From Labilibaculum filiforme (GTDB lineage Bacteria > Bacteroidota > Bacteroidia > Bacteroidales > Marinifilaceae): 24,000 nt of DNA. The translations under genes were made by a program, and so were the position numbers. This document shows positions 7,558 through 16,188 of the stretch, piece after piece (the first letter of the stretch is position 1; every line of letters begins with the position of its first letter). Below the pieces are notes generated by a model. It did no database searches. It was not told the origin of the DNA and saw nothing but the letters and a program-made list of their open reading frames with translations. The stretch lies in assembly GCF_002843315.1 (NCBI RefSeq), contig NZ_MVDD01000006.1, positions 1-24,000 of the forward strand, in the 5' to 3' direction.

Positions 7558-7800
7558 TTAATAACCGATACCTGCAGCCATAATATTATTTGGATCGAAT
7601 GCATGGCAAGGTGTTACCCCATGTACCATATCGCATTTCGGACAATGTCCTTCAAATTCTTCCATTGTGAAGGTTTCCTTGCAACCATGGCATTCAATAT
7701 CCAAAGGCATTGGCATTAATTGCTCTGAAAAACCCATCATTCTAACTTTATCAACTACCTGTTGTCCGTTCTCGAAACTTCCTGCGCACCCGTCATGCAT
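7558..7800 (-). CDS. Small Cys/His-rich zinc-ribbon protein (80 aa)
   Basis: Contains CHGC..(16 residues)..CPKC plus extra H/C residues. It is preceded by AGGGAGGA (7808-7815) at 7 nt from the ATG. Confidence 0.65.
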   Translation of the reverse strand: MHDGCAGSFENGQQVVDKVRMMGFSEQLMPMPLDIECHGCKETFTMEEFEGHCPKCDMVHGVTPCHAFDPNNIMAAGIGY

Positions 7801-7899
7801 AATTTTATCCTCCCTTTAATTAGGTTTGAAATTGGAGATCTTAGAAATTATCCCATTTCAAAACCTGATTTTATAATTTGTATTAATTTCTAATAAAAA

Positions 7900-7943
7900 C
7901 ACCCCTCTGGCTATCGCCATCTCCCCTCAAAAAGGGAGAACTC
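7900..7943. repeat. GC-rich intercistronic hairpin element, copy A
   Basis: The sequence is CACCCCTCTGGCTATCGCCAT + TCTCCC-CTCAAAAA-GGGAGA. Its reverse complement aligns with 9151-9191. Confidence 0.6.
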
Positions 7944-8023
7944 TTATACTATCATTTGTTTCTTAAATAAGAAACAAATGCCATGCTATTTTTAATTACT
8001 AATTCGTAATTCATAATTACTAA

Positions 8024-9052
8024 TTAGAACCCAATGTCTTCCTTTTTAATGATTTCTCCGTTACGAAGTCTTGTTCTCATGTTTTGAACCACAGCATCCA
8101 TCCGTTCCAAATCCACCAATAGTTTTCTCTCTTCATCGCTGGTCACAATCACTTTGTGAATTCCGCCATTTTTAATTACGATTCGTTTATCGCCCATTAA
8201 AGCCAACATCGGATCGTGAGTTGCCATCAAAACAATCTTTTCTTCACCAATCAATAAATCAAGCGCTTTTTTACGATCGATACCTGCATTCTCAATCTCA
8301 TCAATTAAAATTATCGGCGACTTACTTAAAATAGCAGTATCTGCAATCATTAATGCTCTCGATTGTCCCCCACTCAAACTTGTGATAGGAGTCGTTAATT
8401 CAAATTTTTCTCCGGCAAGCTTATTGGCTTCTTCAATTATCTTCGCAATTACTCCTTCAACATCCTCAACCAATCTACTTTGTGCGTGCAATTCCAGAAA
8501 CTCATAAACAGTTAAATCCATTACAAAGTTCATATTCTGCGATAGCTGAGCTACTAATTTATGCCCTGAGCTCACCCTCCATTTCTTGTCTCCCATTTCT
8601 TCATTCACCAAAATGGTTCGTGAAGTTGGAGTGTCGTTTTGCGCAACCCATTCTATATCGCCCAACAATCTACTTTTACCCGATCCGGTTGGTCCAACAA
8701 TACAAACAATCTCGCTTTTGCTGATTTTTAATTCCCCAAACTGCTCCGCCTCACCCGATTTATTGGTTCCGGGAAGAATAGTGATGCTATGAACGCCATC
8801 CTCCTCATCTTCGCCTAAAAACTCCAACATCTGAGAAATGTAAGTTGTCATCGAAAGCAACAACTGGTCTTTATCAATGGCTCTGTTCTCTACTTCCTCT
8901 TCATCATCCAAAAACTTCAGATAATCAATTAATTTTTCGTCAATCTGCCCATTAACCTGAAGCGTGTTCTCCTCAAAAAATCCTGGAAGAAAAGGGTATT
9001 GCTCGAATAATTCGGCAATAGTCTGGTTTTGTATATCTTGAACTGTAATCAT
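8024..9052 (-). CDS. ABC-type ATPase with ~100-aa N-terminal extension, no cognate permease in the operon
   Basis: Walker A is GPTGSGKS, the signature is LSGGQSRAL, Walker B is ILIDEIENAGID and the H-loop is ATHD. The N-terminal TIAELFEQYPFLPGFF resembles the DUF1858-like head of the 10046-11332 product. Confidence 0.8.
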   Translation of the reverse strand: MITVQDIQNQTIAELFEQYPFLPGFFEENTLQVNGQIDEKLIDYLKFLDDEEEVENRAIDKDQLLLSMTTYISQMLEFLGEDEEDGVHSITILPGTNKSGEAEQFGELKISKSEIVCIVGPTGSGKSRLLGDIEWVAQNDTPTSRTILVNEEMGDKKWRVSSGHKLVAQLSQNMNFVMDLTVYEFLELHAQSRLVEDVEGVIAKIIEEANKLAGEKFELTTPITSLSGGQSRALMIADTAILSKSPIILIDEIENAGIDRKKALDLLIGEEKIVLMATHDPMLALMGDKRIVIKNGGIHKVIVTSDEERKLLVDLERMDAVVQNMRTRLRNGEIIKKEDIGF

Positions 9053-9095
9053 GTTGTCGATTTTGTAACTGTTATATCGTATTCTAACACTCCTG

Positions 9096-9191
9096 GATCC
9101 CCTTGAAAAGGGAGAAAACCCTGATTTTCTTTTCGCATCTTCGAATCGATTTCTTCCCCTTCCAGGGGAAGTGCCGATAGGCCAAGGGGTG
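9096..9191. repeat. GC-rich intercistronic hairpin elements, copies B1 and B2
   Basis: B1 is CCCTT-GAA-AAGGG within GATCCCCTTGAAAAGGGAGAA (9096-9116). B2 is CTTCCCC-TTCCA-GGGGAAG (9153-9171) followed by the tail TGCCGATAGGCCAAGGGGTG (9172-9191). Confidence 0.6.
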
Positions 9192-9222
9192 AACTAAACT
9201 TGATTCTTTCCTTGATGCCTTT

Positions 9223-9930
9223 CTACTTTTCGTCCTTCTTGTCGCTCATATCAATTTTGCGAACATTCCCCATTTGGTAGCTTTCGCCAATTCTGGTTTC
9301 GCCCAAACAATAGGAACAAAGTGCCGATGGCATCGAGAATCTCAATTTTTCTCCAACCAGAGTCTTTATTTCCACTTTCTCATCGTATAACAAAGTGCTT
9401 AGTTCGTAAGCTCCCTGCCCGGTTAATCCATTGATATGCATAATACTTGCGCCCGGATTCACTTGATTTACTCTTGATGCAAACACTTCTCTCTCAGCCT
9501 GCGATACAATATCACCCTTTGTAATAACCACAATATCAGCACTTTTTAACATCGGCCCAATTTTCTTTGGTGTGTTAATCCCACTCAAATTATCGATTAC
9601 ACAAACGGCAGTAATGCTTTTCACATAAGGCGAACAACGATTACACAAACCAGCACTTTCGGTGATTAATAAATCCAAACCTTCCTTAATTCCCCACTGC
9701 GTTACCTCTTCAATATTACTTACAAAATAATGATCGGGACAAAGTGAACCCGACAATCCCTTCTTTACCTTCACTCCTGCCTTTTCATACAAAATATCAT
9801 CATCGGTATAAAGGCAATCAAATTTCACCACACCAACTTCTAATCCACGTTTCTGTAACGAATCGATGGTCTTTAAAATCACTGCTGTTTTTCCTGATGA
9901 AGGAGGTCCTGAAACTGTAACTAAGTTCAT
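9223..9930 (-). CDS. G3E-family (HypB/UreG/CobW-like) P-loop NTPase, putative metallochaperone
   Basis: The P-loop GPPSSGKT, then CPDH, ESAGLCNRC and an NKxD-like ITKGD occur in the order and spacing seen in HypB/UreG. There is an extra C-terminal CSYC motif. Confidence 0.7.
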   Translation of the reverse strand: MNLVTVSGPPSSGKTAVILKTIDSLQKRGLEVGVVKFDCLYTDDDILYEKAGVKVKKGLSGSLCPDHYFVSNIEEVTQWGIKEGLDLLITESAGLCNRCSPYVKSITAVCVIDNLSGINTPKKIGPMLKSADIVVITKGDIVSQAEREVFASRVNQVNPGASIMHINGLTGQGAYELSTLLYDEKVEIKTLVGEKLRFSMPSALCSYCLGETRIGESYQMGNVRKIDMSDKKDEK

Positions 9931-10016
9931 ATCTGATGTTGTTTAAATTCTTAATTAATATTTTCGGGTACGCATTACAACCCGCTCTGTCCTTCGGCTC
10001 CGCAGAAGCTTTCGGC

Positions 10017-10035
10017 ATTCTCTGAAAAAGGAGAA
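10017..10035. repeat. Hairpin element, copy C (degenerate)
   Basis: ATTCTC-TGAAAAAG-GAGAA has the same stem/loop pattern as copies A and B1. Confidence 0.35.
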
Positions 10036-10045
10036 CAGTCAATAA

Positions 10046-11332
10046 TTACTTGCTTGGCGTATAATTCAACGGTCCTAAATTTGCAAACGATTCATCTTGT
10101 ATCGACTTATTAAAAATTCGTTCGCATTTCTTTATTAAAGTCCCAATATCGTTACTATTAATGTAATCCCAACCCAACCACATAAATTTATTCTCTTTTG
10201 GTAATCGGTTGTCAACCTCGGGGTTGATACTTGGAAACAAACCTTGATGCGACAATATCTCACCTACTTTCTTCGATGCAAAGAAATCAACAACATCCTG
10301 GGTTTTCTCTAATTGATCCTTCTTTGTCAACATGAAAATAGGACTAATAATAGCTCCATCCTCTGGCCAAACTGCCACCATTGGTCCTCCTTGCTTTATC
10401 ATCTTGGTAAAGAAATAAGGCATAATGGTAATTGCTGGTCGAACGTTCTTTTTTGTGTGCGATTTTACCATTTGTGCAGGATGCATACTTTCCAACAAAC
10501 AGGCTCCCAAACCTCTTACTCCTTCTTCTCCGTATGCCTTGTAAATATGCAACAACATGGAATTAAACAAATCGAAATCGCTAATTGGCAAACTTACACT
10601 ACGTTTAAATTCGGGCTTAAAAATATCTGCCCATGTGCGAGGAATTGGTCTATCGCCTAGTTCGGCAGTGTTTACCAAAAATACCGCCGGCACTACTCCA
10701 ATCATCGAATAATGTCCTTCCGGATCCTTCAAGGAAATTTCATCGTTATCAAAATCTTTATTCAAACGCTCAAAACCTGTACTATCTTTAAAAACCCCTT
10801 GTTTCTTAAATTTCCCCATCAACTTCTCATCGAAGAATAAATCGAAACCGGCTGAAATAAATATATCTGCTAAATTATCGGTGTTCTCTTGGTTAATCAC
10901 ATCATCAATTAACCAATCCAATCCCATCGAAGCAGCTTTTAAATCGTAAACAATTTCGTTAGCATGCTCCTTTTCGTATTCTTGAATAAAAGCATCAATT
11001 CCTTCAACCAAAGGAATACGAACCGGACAAGGCAATAAACCCTGTACATGTATTGAATCTGCTTTTTGTGCTTTGCTATTTTGATTCAGGTCGCCATCCA
11101 CCTGATTTCTGTTTCCATCAATTCCTTCTATCAATAATGCAGAAAAAGTATCCACATTTAATTTCTTCATTTTCAAAGCCAACTCCAAAGAAAGAGATTT
11201 ACCAAAAATTGCCCTTTTCCCTTCATCCTCCAATTGCTTGAATCCGTTAGAAACAAAAATTTTAATTGTCTCCGGATATTTAGTACAAATGTCAAGCAAA
11301 CTATCTGTGGTCTTAAAATATTGATTCTCCAT
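10046..11332 (-). CDS. Cytoplasmic DUF1858-like N-terminal domain fused to a periplasmic-binding-protein (ABC solute-binding) fold
   Basis: No signal peptide. The N-terminal segment LLDICTKYPETIKIFVSNGF is ScdA_N/DUF1858-like. The remainder resembles Fe3+/polyamine-type solute-binding proteins. The track start at 11338 is a TTG, and I prefer ATG 11332. Confidence 0.6.
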   Translation of the reverse strand: MENQYFKTTDSLLDICTKYPETIKIFVSNGFKQLEDEGKRAIFGKSLSLELALKMKKLNVDTFSALLIEGIDGNRNQVDGDLNQNSKAQKADSIHVQGLLPCPVRIPLVEGIDAFIQEYEKEHANEIVYDLKAASMGLDWLIDDVINQENTDNLADIFISAGFDLFFDEKLMGKFKKQGVFKDSTGFERLNKDFDNDEISLKDPEGHYSMIGVVPAVFLVNTAELGDRPIPRTWADIFKPEFKRSVSLPISDFDLFNSMLLHIYKAYGEEGVRGLGACLLESMHPAQMVKSHTKKNVRPAITIMPYFFTKMIKQGGPMVAVWPEDGAIISPIFMLTKKDQLEKTQDVVDFFASKKVGEILSHQGLFPSINPEVDNRLPKENKFMWLGWDYINSNDIGTLIKKCERIFNKSIQDESFANLGPLNYTPSK

Positions 11333-11393
11333 TTTCAAACAGAATTTTTAATGATTTCCTGATACAAATGTAGAACTCATCGCCTCCAGAAAA

Positions 11394-11409
11394 TGTAACC
11401 AATGTTACA
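11394..11409. promoter_or_regulatory. Perfect palindrome TGTAAC-CAAT-GTTACA, candidate Crp/Fnr-family operator
   Basis: It has 6-4-6 dyad symmetry and lies 62-77 bp upstream of ATG 11332, in a divergent intergenic region. Confidence 0.45.
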
Positions 11410-11602
11410 CATCTTGAAAATAGCTCCCGAAAAACTAAACAAAATGGGAATCTTTACCGTAAAATACCTGACGAAAGAAAGTTTTACAATGATTAGTGGT
11501 TGTTTTTAATAGATTAAAATCGTCCATCCAATTATTTTGAACTATATTTAAATCAGTAAAAATTGATTCTTTTTAGTTCTAATTCCGTAAAAAACGAAAA
11601 TC

Positions 11603-13891
11603 ATGACCAGATACAAAGCTCTATTCATGCAAAAACTAACAAGATTATTTCTTGTTGCATTGCTACTATGTGTTGCTGTTTCCGGTTTTTCTCAAAACGA
11701 TACGGTTCGCATTCTCTCCGATTACCAAATCATGTATTGCTCGGCAACCAATGGCAGCGTTTTGCCTATGCAGGAAATACAACTTCCGTTAGAAGGTCCG
11801 AAAGGAAAAAAATGGTTTGTAAGCTTTTCAGTGAACAATAGTCCTACAATGATTTTAAATGGCGAAGAAGGGATCAACTTTGCGGAATATATCATGTCTC
11901 TCTTTTTTAAGAACACTTCGGGACAGGTAAAAAACTACACCATAGAATTAAAAAAGGCATGGCTGGAAGATTTTACTCCTGTCGTTATTCCTGAAGACCA
12001 AAACACAGCAACAATACAGGTGCTGCCTTTAGCAACTCCCGAGGTGGAAGATTATCACCCAAAAGTAAAAATGAACACTTCGCAACAATATGCTGCAAAA
12101 ATCGGTAAAAATTCGAGCTATTCGGTTTTGGTGCCCGAAGGTGCAAGTTTGCTGAAAAACGAAAGTGTAATTGAGAACAACAGACAAGAACTTAAAATTA
12201 GTATAAAATGGCCGAACCACGAAGCAACCAACTATTTTAAACTGATAGAAACAGATGCTTTTGGCTGTAACAGCGACACTATTTTTGCTGGATTAGAAGT
12301 GGTGAAAAGTTTTCAGGTTACTTTCGACGAAAACAAAACAATCTGCGAAGGAAGTAGCTTAAACCTGTCTCCCATTATCGATTTACCATCTGATTATTCC
12401 TTTTTATGGAGTAGCGGTGAAACCACAAAAGATATTAGCGTGGACAAGGAAGGAAGTTACGAACTTACCGTAACCGATTTGCGCGATAATCAAATTGTAA
12501 AAACTAAAGTAGAAGTTATTAGCCAAGCAAGCCCTGTAATTAATATCGAAGATCATGTGGTGATAGATGATGAAAATCCTATTCTCGATATTTTTGAAAA
12601 AGGAGCTACCTATTTATGGTCCGATGGTTCTAGCGATTCCGAACTTCCAATCACTAAATCAGGCTCCTATTCTGTAAAAGTAAGCTCTAAAAATGGTTGT
12701 TCCTCCACAAAATCATTTAAGGCCAAACTAAAATCGGAACTTTTTGAAATCAACCTTCCGGAAGTAGTTCAAATGTGCGGCAATCAAAAAATCAACTTGA
12801 AACCTGGTTTGTCCATCAATCAGGAATACCGATATCAATGGAAAAATGGAACTTCCGAACCTTCCATTACCATCGACAAGGCTGATGAATATTGGGTTAA
12901 AATTACAGACCCTGATGGTTTTCAGCAAACTGCCTATACGAATGTAATTTATCACCCCAATCCAATTATCGATTTGGGAACCGACATTACCTTATGGGAT
13001 GGGGAAAGTGCAATTTTAGATGCGGGAAATGAAGGAGCCAAATTCATCTGGAATACAGGTGAAAACACCCAAACAATAAATGTAAATAGTGGCGGCGTTT
13101 TTGTGGTGGAAGTAAAAGACACGAACGGTTGTTTAAATAAAGATACGCTTTACGTTACCCACCGAATTGGAGAAAAATTTGGTCTGTTTTTAGGCGAAGA
13201 CCATTCCATTTGTGCAGGAGATTCTCTATTAATTATTCCAACAATAGAAGGAAAACCTACACATCCATTGCAATACAAATGGCTCGGACTAGGGAATACA
13301 ACTCCCGAAGTCTACTTAAAAGACAATGGTCATTATTGCCTGGAAGTAACTGATGCTAATGGTAATACCGAATCGGACTGTTTGGAGATTACTCTTTTAT
13401 CGACTCCAAAAATTGACCTTGGCAAAGACTTAGAAAGTTATGCAAATAAAAAAATTGTTCTCGATGCGGGAACTCCAAATTGTTTCTATAAATGGTCTAA
13501 CGGCGATATCACACAAAAAATTACCGTTCAAACCGAAGGCAAATATTGGGTAAAAGTTACTACCGATTCGAACTGTACCGCAAGCGATACCATCGATGTA
13601 GCTTTTTTAGAGAATTATCCTTTTGTAGGCTTGCCAAAAGCTTTCTCGCCAAATGGCGATGGTCATAACGACAAACTATTTGTTCGAGGAGAGGATGTAA
13701 AAGAAGTAACTTTAATTATTTACAACCGTCTGGGGCACAAACTTTTTGAAACTACCGATGTAAACACCGGATGGGATGGATTTTTTCAAGGTAAGCTGCA
13801 GGATATTGATGTGTATATTTATGTACTGGAAGTAACTTTTTTGGATGGGAAAACACTTACAAAAAAAGGAAACGTAGCGCTTCTTCGCTAA
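11603..13891 (+). CDS. Secreted repeat-rich adhesin-like protein with T9SS type-B (CHU_C / gliding-motility) C-terminal sorting domain
   Basis: The signal peptide is LFLVALLLCVAVSGFSQ. There are six Y/FxWSxGxTTxxIxV..G.Y.V.VTD.NGC repeats. The C-terminus reads FSPNGDGHNDKLFVRG...GWDG...YIYVLEV.... Confidence 0.85.
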   Translation: MTRYKALFMQKLTRLFLVALLLCVAVSGFSQNDTVRILSDYQIMYCSATNGSVLPMQEIQLPLEGPKGKKWFVSFSVNNSPTMILNGEEGINFAEYIMSLFFKNTSGQVKNYTIELKKAWLEDFTPVVIPEDQNTATIQVLPLATPEVEDYHPKVKMNTSQQYAAKIGKNSSYSVLVPEGASLLKNESVIENNRQELKISIKWPNHEATNYFKLIETDAFGCNSDTIFAGLEVVKSFQVTFDENKTICEGSSLNLSPIIDLPSDYSFLWSSGETTKDISVDKEGSYELTVTDLRDNQIVKTKVEVISQASPVINIEDHVVIDDENPILDIFEKGATYLWSDGSSDSELPITKSGSYSVKVSSKNGCSSTKSFKAKLKSELFEINLPEVVQMCGNQKINLKPGLSINQEYRYQWKNGTSEPSITIDKADEYWVKITDPDGFQQTAYTNVIYHPNPIIDLGTDITLWDGESAILDAGNEGAKFIWNTGENTQTINVNSGGVFVVEVKDTNGCLNKDTLYVTHRIGEKFGLFLGEDHSICAGDSLLIIPTIEGKPTHPLQYKWLGLGNTTPEVYLKDNGHYCLEVTDANGNTESDCLEITLLSTPKIDLGKDLESYANKKIVLDAGTPNCFYKWSNGDITQKITVQTEGKYWVKVTTDSNCTASDTIDVAFLENYPFVGLPKAFSPNGDGHNDKLFVRGEDVKEVTLIIYNRLGHKLFETTDVNTGWDGFFQGKLQDIDVYIYVLEVTFLDGKTLTKKGNVALLR

Positions 13892-13966
13892 CAAACATAA
13901 AACTATTTTCTTTATTGGATAAGTTGTGTAACTTTAGACTTGTTATTCACTAATCTTCTCTTTTAC

Positions 13967-14893
13967 ATGCTTGTTGCAAAAAACCTTTACAAATCCTATA
14001 AAGAAGTTCATGCGCTCAATAATGTTTCGCTTTCGGTTCAGGAAGGTGAATTATATGGTTTGTTAGGACCAAATGGAGCGGGAAAAACTACCACAATTAA
14101 TATTTTAACTTCGTTGCTTAAGCCGAATAGCGGAGAAATTCTTTATCATGGGAAATCCTTGTTCGAAAATCTTAACCAATGCAAAAAAATGATTGGTGTG
14201 GTTCCTCAGGAAATTGCGCTTTACGAAGAACTAAGCGCCATAGAGAATTTAAAATTCTGGGGAACTCTGTATGGCATAAAAGGCAAACAACTACAACAAA
14301 AAACAGAAGAGCTTCTTTCTTTTCTGGGCTTATCGGATCGAAAAAATCATAAAATAAAAACCTATTCGGGTGGAATGAAAAGGAGAATTAATATTACTGC
14401 AGCCCTTCTTCACGATCCAAAAATCGTTTTTATGGATGAGCCAACCGTAGGAATCGATCCGCAAAGTAGAAACCTTATTTTCGAAGTCATTCAAGAGCTA
14501 CATTCCCGGGGTCTTACCATGATATATACTACTCATTATATGGAGGAAGCCGAGCGTCTTTGTGATAGAATCGGCATTATTGACGAAGGGAAAATTGTTG
14601 CTGAAGGAAGTCTTGAAAATCTTAAGAAAGCATCTACTATTAAAGAGGAAATTCATGTAAAGTTTACAAACGCTCCAAAAGAAGACCTCTTGAATATTAA
14701 CAATTCGTTTCCTAACCAAGTTTTAGTTCAGGAGAATCAACTGGTTCTATCCACCTCACAAGCCAATACCGATCTCCCAAAATTAATTCAATTGTGTACG
14801 AATGCAAATTTGCCTTTGGAACATCTTCAGGTAAAAAACTTAAGTTTAGAGAGTATCTTTCTGGAATTAACCGGGAAATCCTTACGGGATTAA
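13967..14893 (+). CDS. ABC transporter ATP-binding protein (ABC-2 exporter type)
   Basis: Walker A is GPNGAGKTT, the signature is YSGGMKRR and Walker B is VFMDEPTVGID. I place the start at ATG 13967 rather than the TTG at 13940. Confidence 0.85.
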   Translation: MLVAKNLYKSYKEVHALNNVSLSVQEGELYGLLGPNGAGKTTTINILTSLLKPNSGEILYHGKSLFENLNQCKKMIGVVPQEIALYEELSAIENLKFWGTLYGIKGKQLQQKTEELLSFLGLSDRKNHKIKTYSGGMKRRINITAALLHDPKIVFMDEPTVGIDPQSRNLIFEVIQELHSRGLTMIYTTHYMEEAERLCDRIGIIDEGKIVAEGSLENLKKASTIKEEIHVKFTNAPKEDLLNINNSFPNQVLVQENQLVLSTSQANTDLPKLIQLCTNANLPLEHLQVKNLSLESIFLELTGKSLRD

Positions 14894-14952
14894 AGAAAGC
14901 ATTCCCATTCACTATTTTACTATTCACCATTCGACTATAAACCCCCAAAAGC

Positions 14953-16188
14953 ATGTTTACAATCGCATTGAAAGGCATCCGACAATATTTTAAAGACCGT
15001 ACCGCAGTTTTACTATCCTTATTACTACCAATCGTATTAATTACCATTTTTGCTTTGATGTACGGAGGAATCGGCAAATCTGAAAAATCCCGCCCTATCA
15101 CCCTTTTGTTCACGGATCAGGATAATACCGAACTTTCGAAAGAAGTATACTCCACTTTAAACGAGCAAAGTGGAATACAACTTCTCACCACAAACTATGA
15201 TGAAGCAAGTAAGCTTATTAAGAAAGGAAAAAACAGCGCTGTTCTTGTTCTCTACAAAGGCTTTCAAGATTCGGTGGAGGCCGGAAATAAAATTCCTATG
15301 GAACTGTTTTACGATGAAGCCAAAGAAATTGAAATGGGGCTAATGCAACAAGCTCTATGGTCGAACCTTTTTGGCATTACCATGAAAAAAGGAATGAAGG
15401 GGAAAGTAAATAGCTGGATTCGTGAAAAAAATCCAGACTTAGATACCACTGAACTTCTAGATATTCAAGCCAAAATTGATGAGCAGTTTAGCGATTTCGA
15501 ACAATCGGAAGATTCCGAAACCTTGGAAGAAAACTCAAACTTACCAATGACTGCAATAGTAAGCGAAGAAAAAAATGGGAACCTCGGACTAATTCAAGCA
15601 ATTGCCGGAGTCGCCATCATGATGTTACTATTTAGTGTAGCTGGTAGTGGTGCTTCCCTTCTAAAAGAAAAAGAAGATGGCACTTTTCGCCGGCTATTGG
15701 TCGCCCCTATCTCGCCATCGAGTATTTTATACGGAAAAATGCTATCGACTCTATTTATGGCCATATTACAACTCACCGTAATGTTTTTGTATTCGTGGCT
15801 CGTGTTAGGATTGGATATTTTTATTAACCTTCCGGCTTTACTCTTAATGATTCTCGTTACAGCAATTGCCTGTTCCAGTTTCGGAATTTTTATGGCTTCT
15901 ATCTGCAAAAGTAGAAAACAGGTGGAAAGTTTATCAACTCTGGTAATATTGGTAATTTCGGCACTTGGCGGTAGTATGATGCCTCTTATTTTTATGCCTG
16001 CAATCATGCAAAAGCTAGCCGTTATTTCTGTTAACTACTGGGCAATAGAAGGCTTTTTCGATATTTTCTGGAGACAACTTCCGCTCTCGGAAATTTATCC
16101 CAAACTAATCGTTTTACTGGGAATTGGCATTTTATTTACCACCATTTCGGTGGTTAGTTTCAAAAGAAATTTGCTAAAAATGGTTTAG
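14953..16188 (+). CDS. ABC-2 family transporter permease
   Basis: An N-terminal TM segment is followed by a large ~170-aa loop and then about five C-terminal TM segments. It lies directly downstream of the ATPase gene. Confidence 0.8.
   Translation: MFTIALKGIRQYFKDRTAVLLSLLLPIVLITIFALMYGGIGKSEKSRPITLLFTDQDNTELSKEVYSTLNEQSGIQLLTTNYDEASKLIKKGKNSAVLVLYKGFQDSVEAGNKIPMELFYDEAKEIEMGLMQQALWSNLFGITMKKGMKGKVNSWIREKNPDLDTTELLDIQAKIDEQFSDFEQSEDSETLEENSNLPMTAIVSEEKNGNLGLIQAIAGVAIMMLLFSVAGSGASLLKEKEDGTFRRLLVAPISPSSILYGKMLSTLFMAILQLTVMFLYSWLVLGLDIFINLPALLLMILVTAIACSSFGIFMASICKSRKQVESLSTLVILVISALGGSMMPLIFMPAIMQKLAVISVNYWAIEGFFDIFWRQLPLSEIYPKLIVLLGIGILFTTISVVSFKRNLLKMV

Noticed and set aside
7993-8023. The TAATTAC/TAATTC repeats just downstream of the ABC ATPase gene, considered as a regulatory repeat.
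   Set aside because: This is low-complexity AT-rich sequence with short 6-7-mer reiterations. Such patterns arise easily in AT-rich spacers, and nothing ties it to a function.
9818-10042. The 74-aa minus-strand ORF overlapping the start of the G3E gene and the spacer.
   Set aside because: It overlaps the well-supported 9223-9930 CDS out of frame and otherwise translates the GC-rich hairpin repeat region. There is no independent support for it.
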